The position numbers and the translations under genes were made by a program. The notes beneath the pieces are model-generated. The model searched no databases, had not been told where the DNA came from, and worked only from the letters and a program-made list of their open reading frames with translations. Positions 30,289 to 40,724 of a DNA stretch of 64,000 nucleotides are shown piece after piece. Source of the stretch: a virus; IMG/VR virus record IMGVR_UViG_3300029258_003681. One strand, given 5' to 3'. The stretch's first letter is position 1. Each line of letters begins with the position of its first letter.

Positions 30289-31428
30289 ATGTTGTCACTG
30301 TCGATGGTTGTTAAAAATGAGATACAGACGATCGAGCGCACAATTCAGTCTGTCAACGATTATGTGGATGAGATTGTAGTAGGGCTCGATACTCATTCAA
30401 GTGATGGAACGAGGGAAATTGTAGAGAAGCTTGCTGACAAGGTGATCGATATCCATCTGACTGATGAGCTGGCGAAAAAAGGGTCAATTGACGACGATCC
30501 TGACTGGGGCTTTTCAAAGGCTAGAAACGCTGTCTTCGATGCCTGTGAGCCTGAAAATTGGCGATTGGTGCTGGACGGGCACGAGACGATTTTGAATCCC
30601 AATGCAATGGATCGTGAGATCGAAAAAGCCATCAAGGCGGGATGCGACGGAATAGAAATCTGGATGCATTTTGAGCCTCCTGTCGATGGAGGTATACCAG
30701 TACAAATGTTCGCGACTTCGCGTTTTATGGCACCGTCTGTTAGATATCAGAATGCAATTCATAATGTGCCTTATATAGCGAAAACCCATGTGGCGCATAA
30801 CATACAGGTTGAGCATCGAAAGGCTGACCAGGCGACAAAGGATCGCGTTGAGCGCGATCAGCAGAGATCTGACTCTAATATTAAAGGCTTGCAAGAGCGG
30901 CTCAGGATTAATTCTGGAGAGGCACGAAGTTGGTTCTACCTGGCCACTGCTTATAAAGAGAATGGAAGGTATGAGGAGGCTGTGAAAGCATTTGCTGAGT
31001 GCTTGAAGTTCAGCGTGTGGAATGAGGAGCGTTGGCATTCTCGACATAATAGTGGTGTCTGCTATACTTATCTTGGAGAGAATGAGAAAGCTAGAGAGCA
31101 ATTTACCTTGGCGTTGGAGGAGTTTCCTGTGATGGCCGAGGCATATTATTGTTTGGCCAATCTTGCATACAAGCAGGAGAGATTCAGAGAGGCCGAGGTG
31201 TGGATTGATAAGTGTTTGCAGCTTGAACTTCCACATTGTAAGCTGTTCGTGAATCCTCGCACATACATGGTTGACAGGTATGACTTGGCGTCGATGATTT
31301 ACGACCATATCGGGCAATATGACAAGGCTGTCGAACAGGCTGAGAAGGCTTTGAGTGCAGAGGAAAATGAGCGAATCGCAAAGAATGTTCGCATCTGGAA
31401 GGAGCATCTAAATGGACGGCCCGATTGA
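30289..31428 (+). CDS. Glycosyltransferase family 2 with TPR repeats
   Basis: LSLSMVVKNE, EIVVGLDTHSSDGT, FSKARN, LVLDGHE; TPRs (WFYLATAY, AYYCLANLAY). Confidence 0.88.
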   Translation: MLSLSMVVKNEIQTIERTIQSVNDYVDEIVVGLDTHSSDGTREIVEKLADKVIDIHLTDELAKKGSIDDDPDWGFSKARNAVFDACEPENWRLVLDGHETILNPNAMDREIEKAIKAGCDGIEIWMHFEPPVDGGIPVQMFATSRFMAPSVRYQNAIHNVPYIAKTHVAHNIQVEHRKADQATKDRVERDQQRSDSNIKGLQERLRINSGEARSWFYLATAYKENGRYEEAVKAFAECLKFSVWNEERWHSRHNSGVCYTYLGENEKAREQFTLALEEFPVMAEAYYCLANLAYKQERFREAEVWIDKCLQLELPHCKLFVNPRTYMVDRYDLASMIYDHIGQYDKAVEQAEKALSAEENERIAKNVRIWKEHLNGRPD

Positions 31429-32038
31429 TATTTGTTCGCATAAGAGAAGCGGAACACATCTGTTGGCTGCGTCGATCTGGAAGAACTTTGAGTTGCCAGA
31501 CTTGACTGTCCGCGCAGTTGTGCATTCTGGTAAGAAGTTTGTGATGGGTTCGAAAATGTGGACTACGGGAGATCGTGTGGACATACCGTGGGGAGGGTTG
31601 TGGCGCAGCCATAATTTCTTCAATCCTCCGTGGTTCAAGGATCCGAAAAGAGTTTTATATATCATCAGAAATCCTGTGGATACGCTGGTGTCATTTTGGA
31701 GGTTCTTGGATCCGTTGTGCAAGGACGATCTTGAGGTTCACTTCGGAAAGGGCCGCGTTGCTTTTTGGTTGAAACATGTAAGGGGGTACACGGATAATTG
31801 TCGCTGGGTACGATACGAGGATCTTGTTGGCGATAAGCATGATGAAGTTCTTGATCAAATTGCTGAGTGGTTTGATCTAACTGCGAGGGTGGACACGTAC
31901 CAGAGGGTGGTTGGTCGCGTTGGTTGGTATTCGTCTGAGTCTCCCGTGAAATCGAAGCGTCCCACTAAGACGATCCTCAGAATGATTGAGAAGAATTTCC
32001 CCGACGAGTTTCTTGGGTATTCAGTTGATGGAGGTTGA
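31412..32038 (+). CDS. PAPS-dependent sulfotransferase
   Basis: SHKRSGTHLL (5'-PSB), YIIRNPVDTLVS (3'-PB), VRYEDL. Confidence 0.85.
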   Translation: MDGPIDICSHKRSGTHLLAASIWKNFELPDLTVRAVVHSGKKFVMGSKMWTTGDRVDIPWGGLWRSHNFFNPPWFKDPKRVLYIIRNPVDTLVSFWRFLDPLCKDDLEVHFGKGRVAFWLKHVRGYTDNCRWVRYEDLVGDKHDEVLDQIAEWFDLTARVDTYQRVVGRVGWYSSESPVKSKRPTKTILRMIEKNFPDEFLGYSVDGG

Positions 32039-32535
32039 TGATGCCGAGTTGTAGGCCGGATGTGATCCCTGCTGTGTTGTACAAGTTGATTGAGATGAGC
32101 CCTAAAACCATTTTGGACGTTGGAGCTGGCCACGGCAAGTGGGGTGTTTTGTGTGGCGAGTACCTCAAGTACTGGAAGAATATAGAGCCGGTGATTGATG
32201 GTGTTGAGGCATTCGAAAAGTACAAGTCTCCTGTTCACGGTGTCTATCGCCAGGTTTTTTACAGGGACGTGACAGAGATTATGCACATAGTTGGGAATTA
32301 TGATCTTGTTCTTGCGATAGATGTTATCGAGCATTTGAGCAGAGACGATGGTTTAAAGTTGTTGGATGTTGCAAAGAGCTATCTTGTGTCGACTCCTGGG
32401 TATTGGTCGCCCCAGGGTGCATGTTTCGGTAATGAACATGAGACACATATTTCAAAATGGTCAACGGACGATTTTGTTAATAGCCAGTTAATTGTTGACC
32501 AAGTTGGACGCAACCATATTTTAGGGTGGAAATGA
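32038..32535 (+). CDS. Class I SAM-dependent methyltransferase
   Basis: ILDVGAGHGKWG, DGVE, YDLVLAIDVIEHL. Confidence 0.88.
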   Translation: MMPSCRPDVIPAVLYKLIEMSPKTILDVGAGHGKWGVLCGEYLKYWKNIEPVIDGVEAFEKYKSPVHGVYRQVFYRDVTEIMHIVGNYDLVLAIDVIEHLSRDDGLKLLDVAKSYLVSTPGYWSPQGACFGNEHETHISKWSTDDFVNSQLIVDQVGRNHILGWK

Positions 32536-33431
32536 TGAAACTGTTGATACTGGACAATTACGAAAGCTTCACGCTTGTTCCGCATCTCAAGAGTCGGCTT
32601 GAGAGCGAGCATGAAGTTTTCAAAATGGGCAACCTGTTCACTGAGCAGATGTGGCAGATCTTCAAAAATGTAGGCCCAGATGTTGTCTTCGTTGATTTCT
32701 GCAATGAAAATGCAGTCACGCTGACACAGAGAGTGAAGGAGCTACCACAAAAACCAAAAATTGTTATTCGGCTGCATGGCTACGAGGCTCAGAGCTGGTT
32801 CATGGAAAAAATCCACTGGGATGAAGTCTCGGACCTTATTGTTGTTTCGCCAAAGTTCAAAGAAATCGTGGAGAGCAAGATAAGTGGGGTGAATGTTCAT
32901 GTCGTGAACAACGGCATCGATCTAGAGAAATTCACACTGGGTACTGATTTCGATCTCAATCAGGTAGCGTATGCTGGATATTTGAACAAGAAAAAAGGGC
33001 CGACGCTTCTCAGAACGGTGATGGCATCGCTGCCCCTGAAAAAGTTCCATGTGGCTGGCACTCATCAGGATGAGCAGGTGCGGCTGTATTTCGAAGCGTT
33101 GAAGCTTGACAACGTGACGTTTCACGGATGGGTGGAGACGCAAGAGTTTCTCAAAGGGAAGCAGTTTATCCTGTCCACGAGTGTCACGGAAAGCTTTGGC
33201 ATGTCGATAGCGGAGGGGATGGCCATGGGCCTGACTCCTGTCGTGCATGGGTGGCCAGGGGCTGAGCTTTTGTGGCCCAAAGAGTGTATATGGAATACTT
33301 TTGAGGAGTTGAATGACATTTTGTGGACACCCAGAGAGCCCGCGTGGTGCAGGGAGTGGATTGAAAATCGTTATTCGATGGACAAGTGTATCGATCGAGT
33401 TGTAGAATTGTTGGGTCTTTCTGATGAATGA
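32532..33431 (+). CDS. Glycosyltransferase family 4 (GT-B)
   Basis: LIVVSP, VVNNGIDL, TESFGMSIAEGMAMG. Confidence 0.9.
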   Translation: MMKLLILDNYESFTLVPHLKSRLESEHEVFKMGNLFTEQMWQIFKNVGPDVVFVDFCNENAVTLTQRVKELPQKPKIVIRLHGYEAQSWFMEKIHWDEVSDLIVVSPKFKEIVESKISGVNVHVVNNGIDLEKFTLGTDFDLNQVAYAGYLNKKKGPTLLRTVMASLPLKKFHVAGTHQDEQVRLYFEALKLDNVTFHGWVETQEFLKGKQFILSTSVTESFGMSIAEGMAMGLTPVVHGWPGAELLWPKECIWNTFEELNDILWTPREPAWCREWIENRYSMDKCIDRVVELLGLSDE

Positions 33432-33906
33432 GGCACGAGAGGAGACCGATGCTATGACAAGATCAAAAGATAGTGATCCTTCGCTCAATCCTGTAATAGA
33501 GTTACTTCGGGTGGTTAAGAAGGATGTCGGAAAAACCAAGGAGACTGTAGACAACATGAATCGCGAGCTGGGGGGTGTGCAGGCTACATTGAACTCAATG
33601 GAGAAGAGGAACGTTGAGAGAGATAAGAAGATTGATAGTGTTCAGACGGAGCAGCTGAGTTGTCCTGCGAGGGCTGGATATGGTGCTGTGAATGCCAGGT
33701 TGAAAAAACATGATAAGGCCCTATTTGACAGTACTGGCACTGTCAATATCCCTGTTGTGCCTGCTGTTTCGGCGGCAGCGCAGTTTTCTGAAAGCGAGAT
33801 ATCCTTTAAAGATGCGCTTATAAGGATGCTGCCAATCATAGCGTTGTCATTTGCTTGCGGTGCTGGAATGTTGGCGATTTTGTGGTATCGGATGTTTGGG
33901 GAGTAG
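33424..33906 (+). CDS. Coiled-coil protein with C-terminal transmembrane helix
   Basis: LPIIALSFACGAGMLAILW; possible lysis accessory. Confidence 0.6.
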   Translation: MNEAREETDAMTRSKDSDPSLNPVIELLRVVKKDVGKTKETVDNMNRELGGVQATLNSMEKRNVERDKKIDSVQTEQLSCPARAGYGAVNARLKKHDKALFDSTGTVNIPVVPAVSAAAQFSESEISFKDALIRMLPIIALSFACGAGMLAILWYRMFGE

Positions 33907-33963
33907 ATGCTGAGTTGTTCTTGTCGTCTGTTGATGATAGAATTGGTGTAAGGAAAGAGAGCC

Positions 33964-34461
33964 ATGATATTTTTGCCAAATCCGCCCCAGGTCGTTTTGC
34001 AGGTATATGCCTTGAATCCCGATGGCTCTCGGAAGTTCAACATAACCTCGGGGACTGTGCGTGTGTTTCATATTGCGGCTGGATCTGAGGTGGATGATCT
34101 GGCTGTTGTTCCGTTGGCCCAGGTGGGGGTGACGAACAAATGGCGTTACGTTTGGATGACGCCAACGCTGTCTGCGGGGGAGTATTTTGCAGAGTATATT
34201 ATGCAGGACAGTGCGGGGGTGACTACGAAGTTTGCCGAGGATATCAATGTCAAAGATATTGCGAAGCAGTCGACGTTGCTCTTGGTGCAGTCTGATGCTG
34301 ATATTATTCGGAAGGTGGAGACGGGGCGGTGGAAGATTATAGGCAACCAGATGATCTTTTACGAGGACGATGACGTGACGCCATTCCTGACGTTTGATCT
34401 CAAGGATCTGGGTGGTCTTCCGTCAATGGACGACGTTTTTGAAAGGATTCCAGTTCCATGA
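33964..34461 (+). CDS. Hypothetical virion-associated protein
   Basis: 165 aa; GRWKIIGNQMIFY..D..TP..TFDL C-terminus. Confidence 0.6.
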   Translation: MIFLPNPPQVVLQVYALNPDGSRKFNITSGTVRVFHIAAGSEVDDLAVVPLAQVGVTNKWRYVWMTPTLSAGEYFAEYIMQDSAGVTTKFAEDINVKDIAKQSTLLLVQSDADIIRKVETGRWKIIGNQMIFYEDDDVTPFLTFDLKDLGGLPSMDDVFERIPVP

Positions 34462-34622
34462 ACAGGATTGTTACCAGAGGTTTTGGCCCGAGTCATCTCG
34501 TTGTGACGCGGGGATATGGGGCTGTGAGTGTTGGGCCTTTTTTTAAGAGGATATTGCGTCTTTGTTCGTGCATCGGACGCGAGATGAATTTGGTGTCTAA
34601 ATGGAAGACCAACTGTGCGTGA
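34458..34622 (+). CDS. Small hypothetical protein (54 aa, MNRIVTRGFG...), not in ORF track
   Basis: ATGA overlap with upstream stop; fills gap. Confidence 0.45.
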   Translation: MNRIVTRGFGPSHLVVTRGYGAVSVGPFFKRILRLCSCIGREMNLVSKWKTNCA

Positions 34623-34747
34623 CATCGGCTATTGCGACGGATCTGGCTTTGGTATCGGCCATTGATGCAGACGGCCAGATGGATATTGTGTCCCCTGTCT
34701 CAATGGTTTTGAGTGTCGTTTCAATGATTGAGTTAGAGGAAGTGTAA
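34601..34747 (+). CDS. Small acidic hypothetical protein (48 aa, MEDQLCV...), not in ORF track
   Basis: Fills gap up to ATG 34749. Confidence 0.4.
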   Translation: MEDQLCVTSAIATDLALVSAIDADGQMDIVSPVSMVLSVVSMIELEEV

Positions 34748-34748
34748 A

Positions 34749-35054
34749 ATGGCGTGTGATACTTCGTGTGATGGCCCTGATAAGTATTATGTTGGGGATG
34801 TTGGAACGCAGCTTCTCGTCGATGTTTGTAGTGACATTACGACGGCCACGCTTGTTGCGTTGGATGTGACAAAACCAGATGGCACGGCTGTTCGATGGGT
34901 GGGGACGGTATCGGACACAACGAAGATTTTGTATGTTGTGGCGGTTGGTGACTTTGATCAAGCTGGGGAATACAGACTCCAGTCTTATATTGAAATGCCT
35001 GGGTGGATTGGACACGGGGGTACTGTAACCTTCAAAGTTACTGCTCTGGGGTGA
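34749..35054 (+). CDS. Small beta-sandwich structural protein (BppU-N-like)
   Basis: YYVGDVGT...KPDGT...VGDFDQAGEYRLQ. Confidence 0.55.
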   Translation: MACDTSCDGPDKYYVGDVGTQLLVDVCSDITTATLVALDVTKPDGTAVRWVGTVSDTTKILYVVAVGDFDQAGEYRLQSYIEMPGWIGHGGTVTFKVTALG

Positions 35055-35061
35055 GGGAATA

Positions 35062-35928
35062 GTGGCAAAGCGATACCGATATCGAAAGCCTAAAATGTCG
35101 ACCATGTCGTCTGTTCCCGCGATCTACGGGTTGCATTCGTATGTAGATATGATGAATACGCTGGTGCGAGATGTGCCGAAGCGGATTGACCGTGGGCGTA
35201 TGCTGTTTTTGCTTTCGATGTCTGACTTTGTTCGTCGTGCGGTTGAACGGCGCGCTCCTGATATTAGGCTGGGACAAAAAACGGTTTCATACGCCGAGCA
35301 TTTGCGGATTGGCATTGTTGATGGTGCCCCGTCAGACCACGATTCTGTGGTGATCTATTTTGATAACCAGACTTTGTTGCTGGACGCGGACAATATGGAT
35401 GGGAAGGCTCTCTACTTTCAGGCGACGCAGGAGTCTCCGAAGTGGGTGAACGTTTTGATGATCTACGGCCCGTGGCCCGCACACTTGGTCCCTGTGGCGT
35501 CGAGCAAGATAAAGGCGAGGGTGATATCCCGTAACGCGCGCGAGGACGAGCTGAAGGCGTTGTCGGACCGTATCTACGCTCACAGGGGTGAGATTGAAAG
35601 TGCTCTCAGGCGCGCGGGCGCGGGGGATGTTAGTATCGAGAAAACACCGAGTGCAGTGGGTGTTGTGGTTCACGAAGATGTGGGTTACAATATTCTTCGG
35701 ACGGAGTTTGGTTATGACGGTGAGAGTCAGGTTGCTCATTGGCGCCCTGCTCTTCGGGAAATCAAGGATGCGATGCCTGATCTGATGCGGCGATATTTGA
35801 TATATCTTCAAACTGGGCGTGAGAGTGCATTTGATTTGCCAAATAATGTGGCGAATGTTACAGCCACACAGTTGAACAAGAGTGATGCGTTTGCAAGAAC
35901 GCTCGCTCCATTTGCCCCAAGAGGGTAG
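35062..35928 (+). CDS. Hypothetical protein (neck/tail-completion region)
   Basis: 288 aa, SD GAGG, GTG start. Confidence 0.65.
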   Translation: MAKRYRYRKPKMSTMSSVPAIYGLHSYVDMMNTLVRDVPKRIDRGRMLFLLSMSDFVRRAVERRAPDIRLGQKTVSYAEHLRIGIVDGAPSDHDSVVIYFDNQTLLLDADNMDGKALYFQATQESPKWVNVLMIYGPWPAHLVPVASSKIKARVISRNAREDELKALSDRIYAHRGEIESALRRAGAGDVSIEKTPSAVGVVVHEDVGYNILRTEFGYDGESQVAHWRPALREIKDAMPDLMRRYLIYLQTGRESAFDLPNNVANVTATQLNKSDAFARTLAPFAPRG

Positions 35929-35939
35929 TTGAAGGTGGA

Positions 35940-36236
35940 ATGATGACAACAGGTGAAAAGTTGGGAACCTTGGATCAGACTCTGACAGGGGTCGAAAACG
36001 AGCTTCTGAGAAGGAAGGTCGCTAGGCAGGACGATACGATAGATGGCGCGCTCGACATCATTAACCAGGCAGCAGAGGCAGGGGCGATTGCCCTTGACAA
36101 TTGTGATGGCTGCGACGATGACGACGGCGATGGCGGAACTCAAGATGGTGGCGGCTCGGATGACGATGGCGGTTCGGACGATGGCGACGGCTCGGGCGGC
36201 GAAGACGATTCGGACGGCGGAGACGCAGAAGAGTAG
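35940..36236 (+). CDS. Small Asp/Gly-rich acidic protein
   Basis: DDGGSDDDGG low-complexity C-terminus. Confidence 0.6.
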   Translation: MMTTGEKLGTLDQTLTGVENELLRRKVARQDDTIDGALDIINQAAEAGAIALDNCDGCDDDDGDGGTQDGGGSDDDGGSDDGDGSGGEDDSDGGDAEE

Positions 36237-36238
36237 GT

Positions 36239-36254
36239 ACGAACTTGAGTTCGC
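36239..36254. promoter_or_regulatory. 16-bp palindrome copy 3 (ACGAACTTGAGTTCGC)
   Basis: Intergenic, 3 nt after a stop. Confidence 0.7.
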
Positions 36255-36266
36255 AGTTGGTGGTGC

Positions 36267-36983
36267 ATGACAGTAATTGGCACGGTCAATCTGCGGGACT
36301 GGGACGAGGGTTGCATGAAGACCCTCGGTGCCGAGATAGAGCATTACATAGTCGATGGTGAATCGCGGGCGATCTATGCTTGCGATGTTCCTTACCTTGA
36401 TTCGGGATTTCCCGAGATAAACAACAAAGTTCCGTGTCAGTTCCAGGATCCCGAGGATGTGTACCAGGAATTCAAGCTGCCGTGTTTTCAGTTTCGTCAA
36501 AATGACTACACTCCAGCGTTCGATCGGCACCCCTGGTACACCTGGGTTGCGCGTGCACCATCGAAGGATGCTGAGAAGGTCACGTTGCCCGATGGGACGG
36601 TGGGCTATACCAAATATGACAATCAGTGGCGGGCCACTCAGTTTGACATGACCTATGATTGTATGGTGATGGGGCGCAGAAAGCAGGAGACGCTTTTGAT
36701 GTTGCACTACGCGCTTCGACACTTTATTGCGCCGTGGTTTATATTCAAAGTAGTTGACAGCAAGGGTGATGTGCGAGAATATGATGCAGGAGAGGTTTCA
36801 ATTTCCAACACCTCGGAGCTGGCCGATATTGCGGAGAGGACAGTGAGCTACACGATTTCATTTACAGTTCGAGGAGAAGTTGATCTTCATGACGATCGGG
36901 TATTCCCTGCGTTGATAGGCGATCCGCATGTCACTTACGCCAAGTTTAATCCTGCAAACCAAGGGGTCGAGGAAGGCTCCTGA
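36267..36983 (+). CDS. Putative tail terminator/sheath stabiliser
   Basis: FKLPCFQF, FDMTYD, YTISFTVRG; two genes upstream of sheath. Confidence 0.5.
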   Translation: MTVIGTVNLRDWDEGCMKTLGAEIEHYIVDGESRAIYACDVPYLDSGFPEINNKVPCQFQDPEDVYQEFKLPCFQFRQNDYTPAFDRHPWYTWVARAPSKDAEKVTLPDGTVGYTKYDNQWRATQFDMTYDCMVMGRRKQETLLMLHYALRHFIAPWFIFKVVDSKGDVREYDAGEVSISNTSELADIAERTVSYTISFTVRGEVDLHDDRVFPALIGDPHVTYAKFNPANQGVEEGS

Positions 36984-37002
36984 TTCGAGGTGAGGAGGTA
37001 AT

Positions 37003-37536
37003 ATGCCGTGGTTTTACTATTCAGGTCCTACGCCTAAATCGATGCCTGTGAAGAAGGGGGTGTCGGTTGCGGTGCGCCCTCATTCCAGGGTTGAGATTTT
37101 CGAGCCTGGCGTTCGGGAGATACAGGCGCTCCAGAAGAAGGGGGTTCTCCGTCGGACGGGGCCACCTCCGCGTTCGGAGCGGCCAGTTCAGGGGGTTGTT
37201 ACAACGTCTGCTGATATCAAGGCCGTCACTCCGAAGTCGGATATGGCTAAGAAGATTGCAGAAAAGGGTGTGACGACCGACAAAGGGCAGGCCCCGAAAA
37301 AGCCTGCGGGTGCGCCCGAGATGACAGAAGGTGAGTTGACGGTTGCGGCCCAGGAAAAGGCTGAGAGAGACTCGCCGAAAAAAGATTCAGAATCGGATTC
37401 TGTTGTTGTGTCCGATTCTCCTCCTTCCGGTGTTGATGTTGTTGAAGCGTTGTCAAAAGCTGATGGAAGCCCCGATGAGAACCCAGGGGGCGGTGAAAAT
37501 TCCAAGAAAAAGAAGAAGAAAAAACGCCACAAATAG
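37003..37536 (+). CDS. Hypothetical protein
   Basis: SD GAGGAGG; 177 aa. Confidence 0.65.
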   Translation: MPWFYYSGPTPKSMPVKKGVSVAVRPHSRVEIFEPGVREIQALQKKGVLRRTGPPPRSERPVQGVVTTSADIKAVTPKSDMAKKIAEKGVTTDKGQAPKKPAGAPEMTEGELTVAAQEKAERDSPKKDSESDSVVVSDSPPSGVDVVEALSKADGSPDENPGGGENSKKKKKKKRHK

Positions 37537-37563
37537 GGTGGTTTGACAACACGGAGACGAGCA

Positions 37564-40500
37564 ATGTCAGAATACACACATCCTGGTATCTATATCAAGG
37601 AAGTTCCAGGTGGACCTGGTCCGATCAGTGGCGTCTCGACGTCGACTCTTGGCCTGATTGGGTTTACCACGAAGGGGCTCGTAGACGAGCCGATTCTTTG
37701 CACGAGCTATGCTGAGTTCGTGACGAATTTCGGAACCTTTACCGAGAAGGGTCTGACGCCGACGATGGCGTATGCCTTTTTCCAGAATGGTGGTCAGCAG
37801 CTGTATGTCGTGCGTGTCACTGCGAGCGACGCGGCCGATGGTCTTTGGGATTTCTTGTACTCGATCCCGAGTACGGCTCCTGATGACTTGGGCAATACAG
37901 TGGAGGCGAGCGGCATCTATTCGTTGCAGCTTTCCAATCCTCCCGCGAAGCCCACGACGGTCGAGATCACCTTCAATGCAGCAGTCACAGATAACGTCTT
38001 TACGGACGCTGCTGGCGATGGTGTGTTGACGGCGACTGGTGGCGGTGGGTCGGGTGGGACTGGTTTTGTCGATTACACGACGGGTGAGGTTTCGATTACT
38101 CTGGCGGTTCCAGGCGATTACGCTGGTGGTGCGAACGACATCGAAGCGGTGTACGACTACACCATCTTCCGCTTCCAGATGAAGTGGCCTGGTCTTGCGG
38201 GTAATTATTATCGCGTGTCGATCGTTCCTGGGTCCAGCGATTATCTCACTGACGCCACGGCTTCGTATAGCCGGTTTACGGTATTGGTTGAGGAAGATAC
38301 TGACGCGGGTGTGACAGGGACTCCTTCTTGGAGCACTGTTGAGCAGTTCACGGATCTGGACTTCTCTGACACAAACAGCAAGAACTACATTGCCACAGTG
38401 ATCAATGCCGATATAGGCGGATCGGACTACATCGAGGTTGTCGAGTACGGCAACGAGATGGATCCCGAGGCCCTGGCGGGTGTTTCAGTTTCGGCTGAGG
38501 ACTTTTCGGCAACGATGGTGCACTCGGATGCCTCGTCAGTAGTGACGCCTGATTACTACAACGGCAAATGGAAGGGTTGGGACTACGAGCTGACGAATGG
38601 CTGTTTCCCGACGACCTTTGATGCGAGCTTCACGTTTGCGGAGGGTGGGCCTTTGATGGCGACCATTGTGGGCGCTCTGGCTACGGCTGTTGTAGTTGGC
38701 CCAGATGCCTTCGACACGACCTTGCTGCCGCTGGCGATGGATCCTGCTGTTCCTTCGGTTCTCATTTCTTGCGAGCTGACGGGTGTTGGCAAGACGAACA
38801 TCATCGACACTGGCGTGGCTGGTCCTGGCAATCTGGTCGAGACTTCAACAGGTGTTGTAGTGGGTTCGATCGATTACACGACAGGTGCAATCACTGACCC
38901 GACGGGCGTGACGGCGAATACTTTGGATGTGAGCGGTGCTGGCCTTGCAGACACCTTCGCGGCGGCTTCGACGATTCACTGGGTCAATGGGACTCAGATT
39001 GGAACGGGCGGTGGTGCGGCGACGGCGGCAATCACTTCTCCTGGGACGGCAACGACACCTGCGGCGATTACGCCTGGTAGTGTTCGTATCTCGGCGCGCA
39101 CGGGCGACGTGGCAACCAACACTGGTGTGACGATATCGTTTGCTTTCGCAGCGGGTACTGTGACGCTGGCTGATTCGACCAATCCATTCGGAAGTACGGC
39201 TGTAGGCGACATTGTGACGGTGCAAGGTGCGACGACTCCTGGTAACGACGGCACATTCGTCGTGACGAGTGTTGCGGCAGCCCCTGCTTCCATCGATTTC
39301 GTGAATGCTGCTGGTGCAGCCGAAGCTGGTGTGGCCGCTACCCAGTGGGATACGCTTGGTAAATTCTTCGACATCGAGGATACGGGTGTTGCGGGTGCTG
39401 GCAACCTCGTCGAAGCTGGGACGGCGAACGCCGTTGGTACGATCGACTATACCACGGGCCAGATCAGTGATGCTGCTGGGACCACGGATGATACTCTGGA
39501 CCTGACGGCTTCCTCGACTACTTTCGCGAGTGGCTTCCCGATCTATTTCGAAGCAGCGTATGCTGTTCCGGTGGCGATCGAGGATGATGGCGACGGTAAT
39601 CTGTCGGTTGCGAGTACGCAGGCGACGGGGTATCCGCAGAAGTTTGGCCTTGATGCCAATGGCACCAATGAGGTCACTTACACCACGGGCGCTTTTACAT
39701 TGACGTGGGCGTTGACGGGATTCCCGTCGGCCGGTCCTGCTGGAGCATCCGCACAGGTGGCTTCCTACTACACCTATCCCTCGACGAGCATTGAGGGGCA
39801 GATGACGGGCGGCCTGGACGGTGCGGCCATTGCCTCCAGTGATGTGGTTGGGGCGTCTCTCGCGGCCGACCAGAGGGGTCTGTGGGCGTTTGGCAAGGTT
39901 GATGCGCTCATGCAGCTGGTCGCTTCTGACTTCCAGACCGACACGGTGGTTGCTGATGCACTGATTACATATGCCGAGCTGGTCAAGGATAAGTTCGTGA
40001 TCCTGACTGTTCCGTCGGGACTTACTCCGCAGGAAGCGGTCAACTGGAAGAAGTTCCAGTTGCAGAAATTCACTTCCTACGCGGCGCTGTACTACCCACA
40101 CATCAAGATCATCGATCCTGTAACTGAGGTGGCGACGGACGTTCCATGTGGTGGTCACGTAGCGGGCGTGTACGCGCGTACCGATATTTCGAAGAATGTC
40201 GGCAAGGCGCCTGCGGGCACGAACGATGGACGGTTGAACTGGTCCATTGGTCTTGAGCTGGATCTCACGCCGACTCAGGTGGGCGTTGCTTATCCAGAGA
40301 AGATCAACTGCCTCGTGCAGTGGCCACACACTGGACGATGTGTGTGGGGTGCAAGGACCCTGGATATTGCGGGCGGTGAGTGGCCGTTCATCCAGATGCG
40401 GCGGCTGTTCATGTTCGTCGAGAAGTCGGTCTTCAATGCGACACACAGCCATGTCTTCAAGAATAATGGGCCGCCATTGTGGTCCGCAATTCGGACACAG

Positions 40501-40704
40501 CTTACGAGTTTCTTGCTTGGGTTGTACCAGGCGGGATATTTCGCTGGAACTAGCCCCGAGGAGGCGTTCTACGTTACGTGTGATCGCACCAACAACCCAC
40601 AGAATACTGTGGATCAGGGGCTGGTGTTCTGCGACGTGGGACTTGCGCCGAACAAACCAGCTGAGTTTATCGTGTTCAGATTTCAACAGAAAGCGTTGTC
40701 ATAA
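37564..40704 (+). CDS. gp18: Contractile tail sheath protein (gp18-like) with large insertion
   Basis: YTHPGIYIKE, FGTF, AALYYPHI, GHVAGVYARTD, VWGARTL, IQMRRLF, VGLAPNKPAEFIVFRF; start ATG 37564. Confidence 0.95.
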   Translation: MSEYTHPGIYIKEVPGGPGPISGVSTSTLGLIGFTTKGLVDEPILCTSYAEFVTNFGTFTEKGLTPTMAYAFFQNGGQQLYVVRVTASDAADGLWDFLYSIPSTAPDDLGNTVEASGIYSLQLSNPPAKPTTVEITFNAAVTDNVFTDAAGDGVLTATGGGGSGGTGFVDYTTGEVSITLAVPGDYAGGANDIEAVYDYTIFRFQMKWPGLAGNYYRVSIVPGSSDYLTDATASYSRFTVLVEEDTDAGVTGTPSWSTVEQFTDLDFSDTNSKNYIATVINADIGGSDYIEVVEYGNEMDPEALAGVSVSAEDFSATMVHSDASSVVTPDYYNGKWKGWDYELTNGCFPTTFDASFTFAEGGPLMATIVGALATAVVVGPDAFDTTLLPLAMDPAVPSVLISCELTGVGKTNIIDTGVAGPGNLVETSTGVVVGSIDYTTGAITDPTGVTANTLDVSGAGLADTFAAASTIHWVNGTQIGTGGGAATAAITSPGTATTPAAITPGSVRISARTGDVATNTGVTISFAFAAGTVTLADSTNPFGSTAVGDIVTVQGATTPGNDGTFVVTSVAAAPASIDFVNAAGAAEAGVAATQWDTLGKFFDIEDTGVAGAGNLVEAGTANAVGTIDYTTGQISDAAGTTDDTLDLTASSTTFASGFPIYFEAAYAVPVAIEDDGDGNLSVASTQATGYPQKFGLDANGTNEVTYTTGAFTLTWALTGFPSAGPAGASAQVASYYTYPSTSIEGQMTGGLDGAAIASSDVVGASLAADQRGLWAFGKVDALMQLVASDFQTDTVVADALITYAELVKDKFVILTVPSGLTPQEAVNWKKFQLQKFTSYAALYYPHIKIIDPVTEVATDVPCGGHVAGVYARTDISKNVGKAPAGTNDGRLNWSIGLELDLTPTQVGVAYPEKINCLVQWPHTGRCVWGARTLDIAGGEWPFIQMRRLFMFVEKSVFNATHSHVFKNNGPPLWSAIRTQLTSFLLGLYQAGYFAGTSPEEAFYVTCDRTNNPQNTVDQGLVFCDVGLAPNKPAEFIVFRFQQKALS

Positions 40705-40724
40705 CGCATAGATAGGGGAGTTTG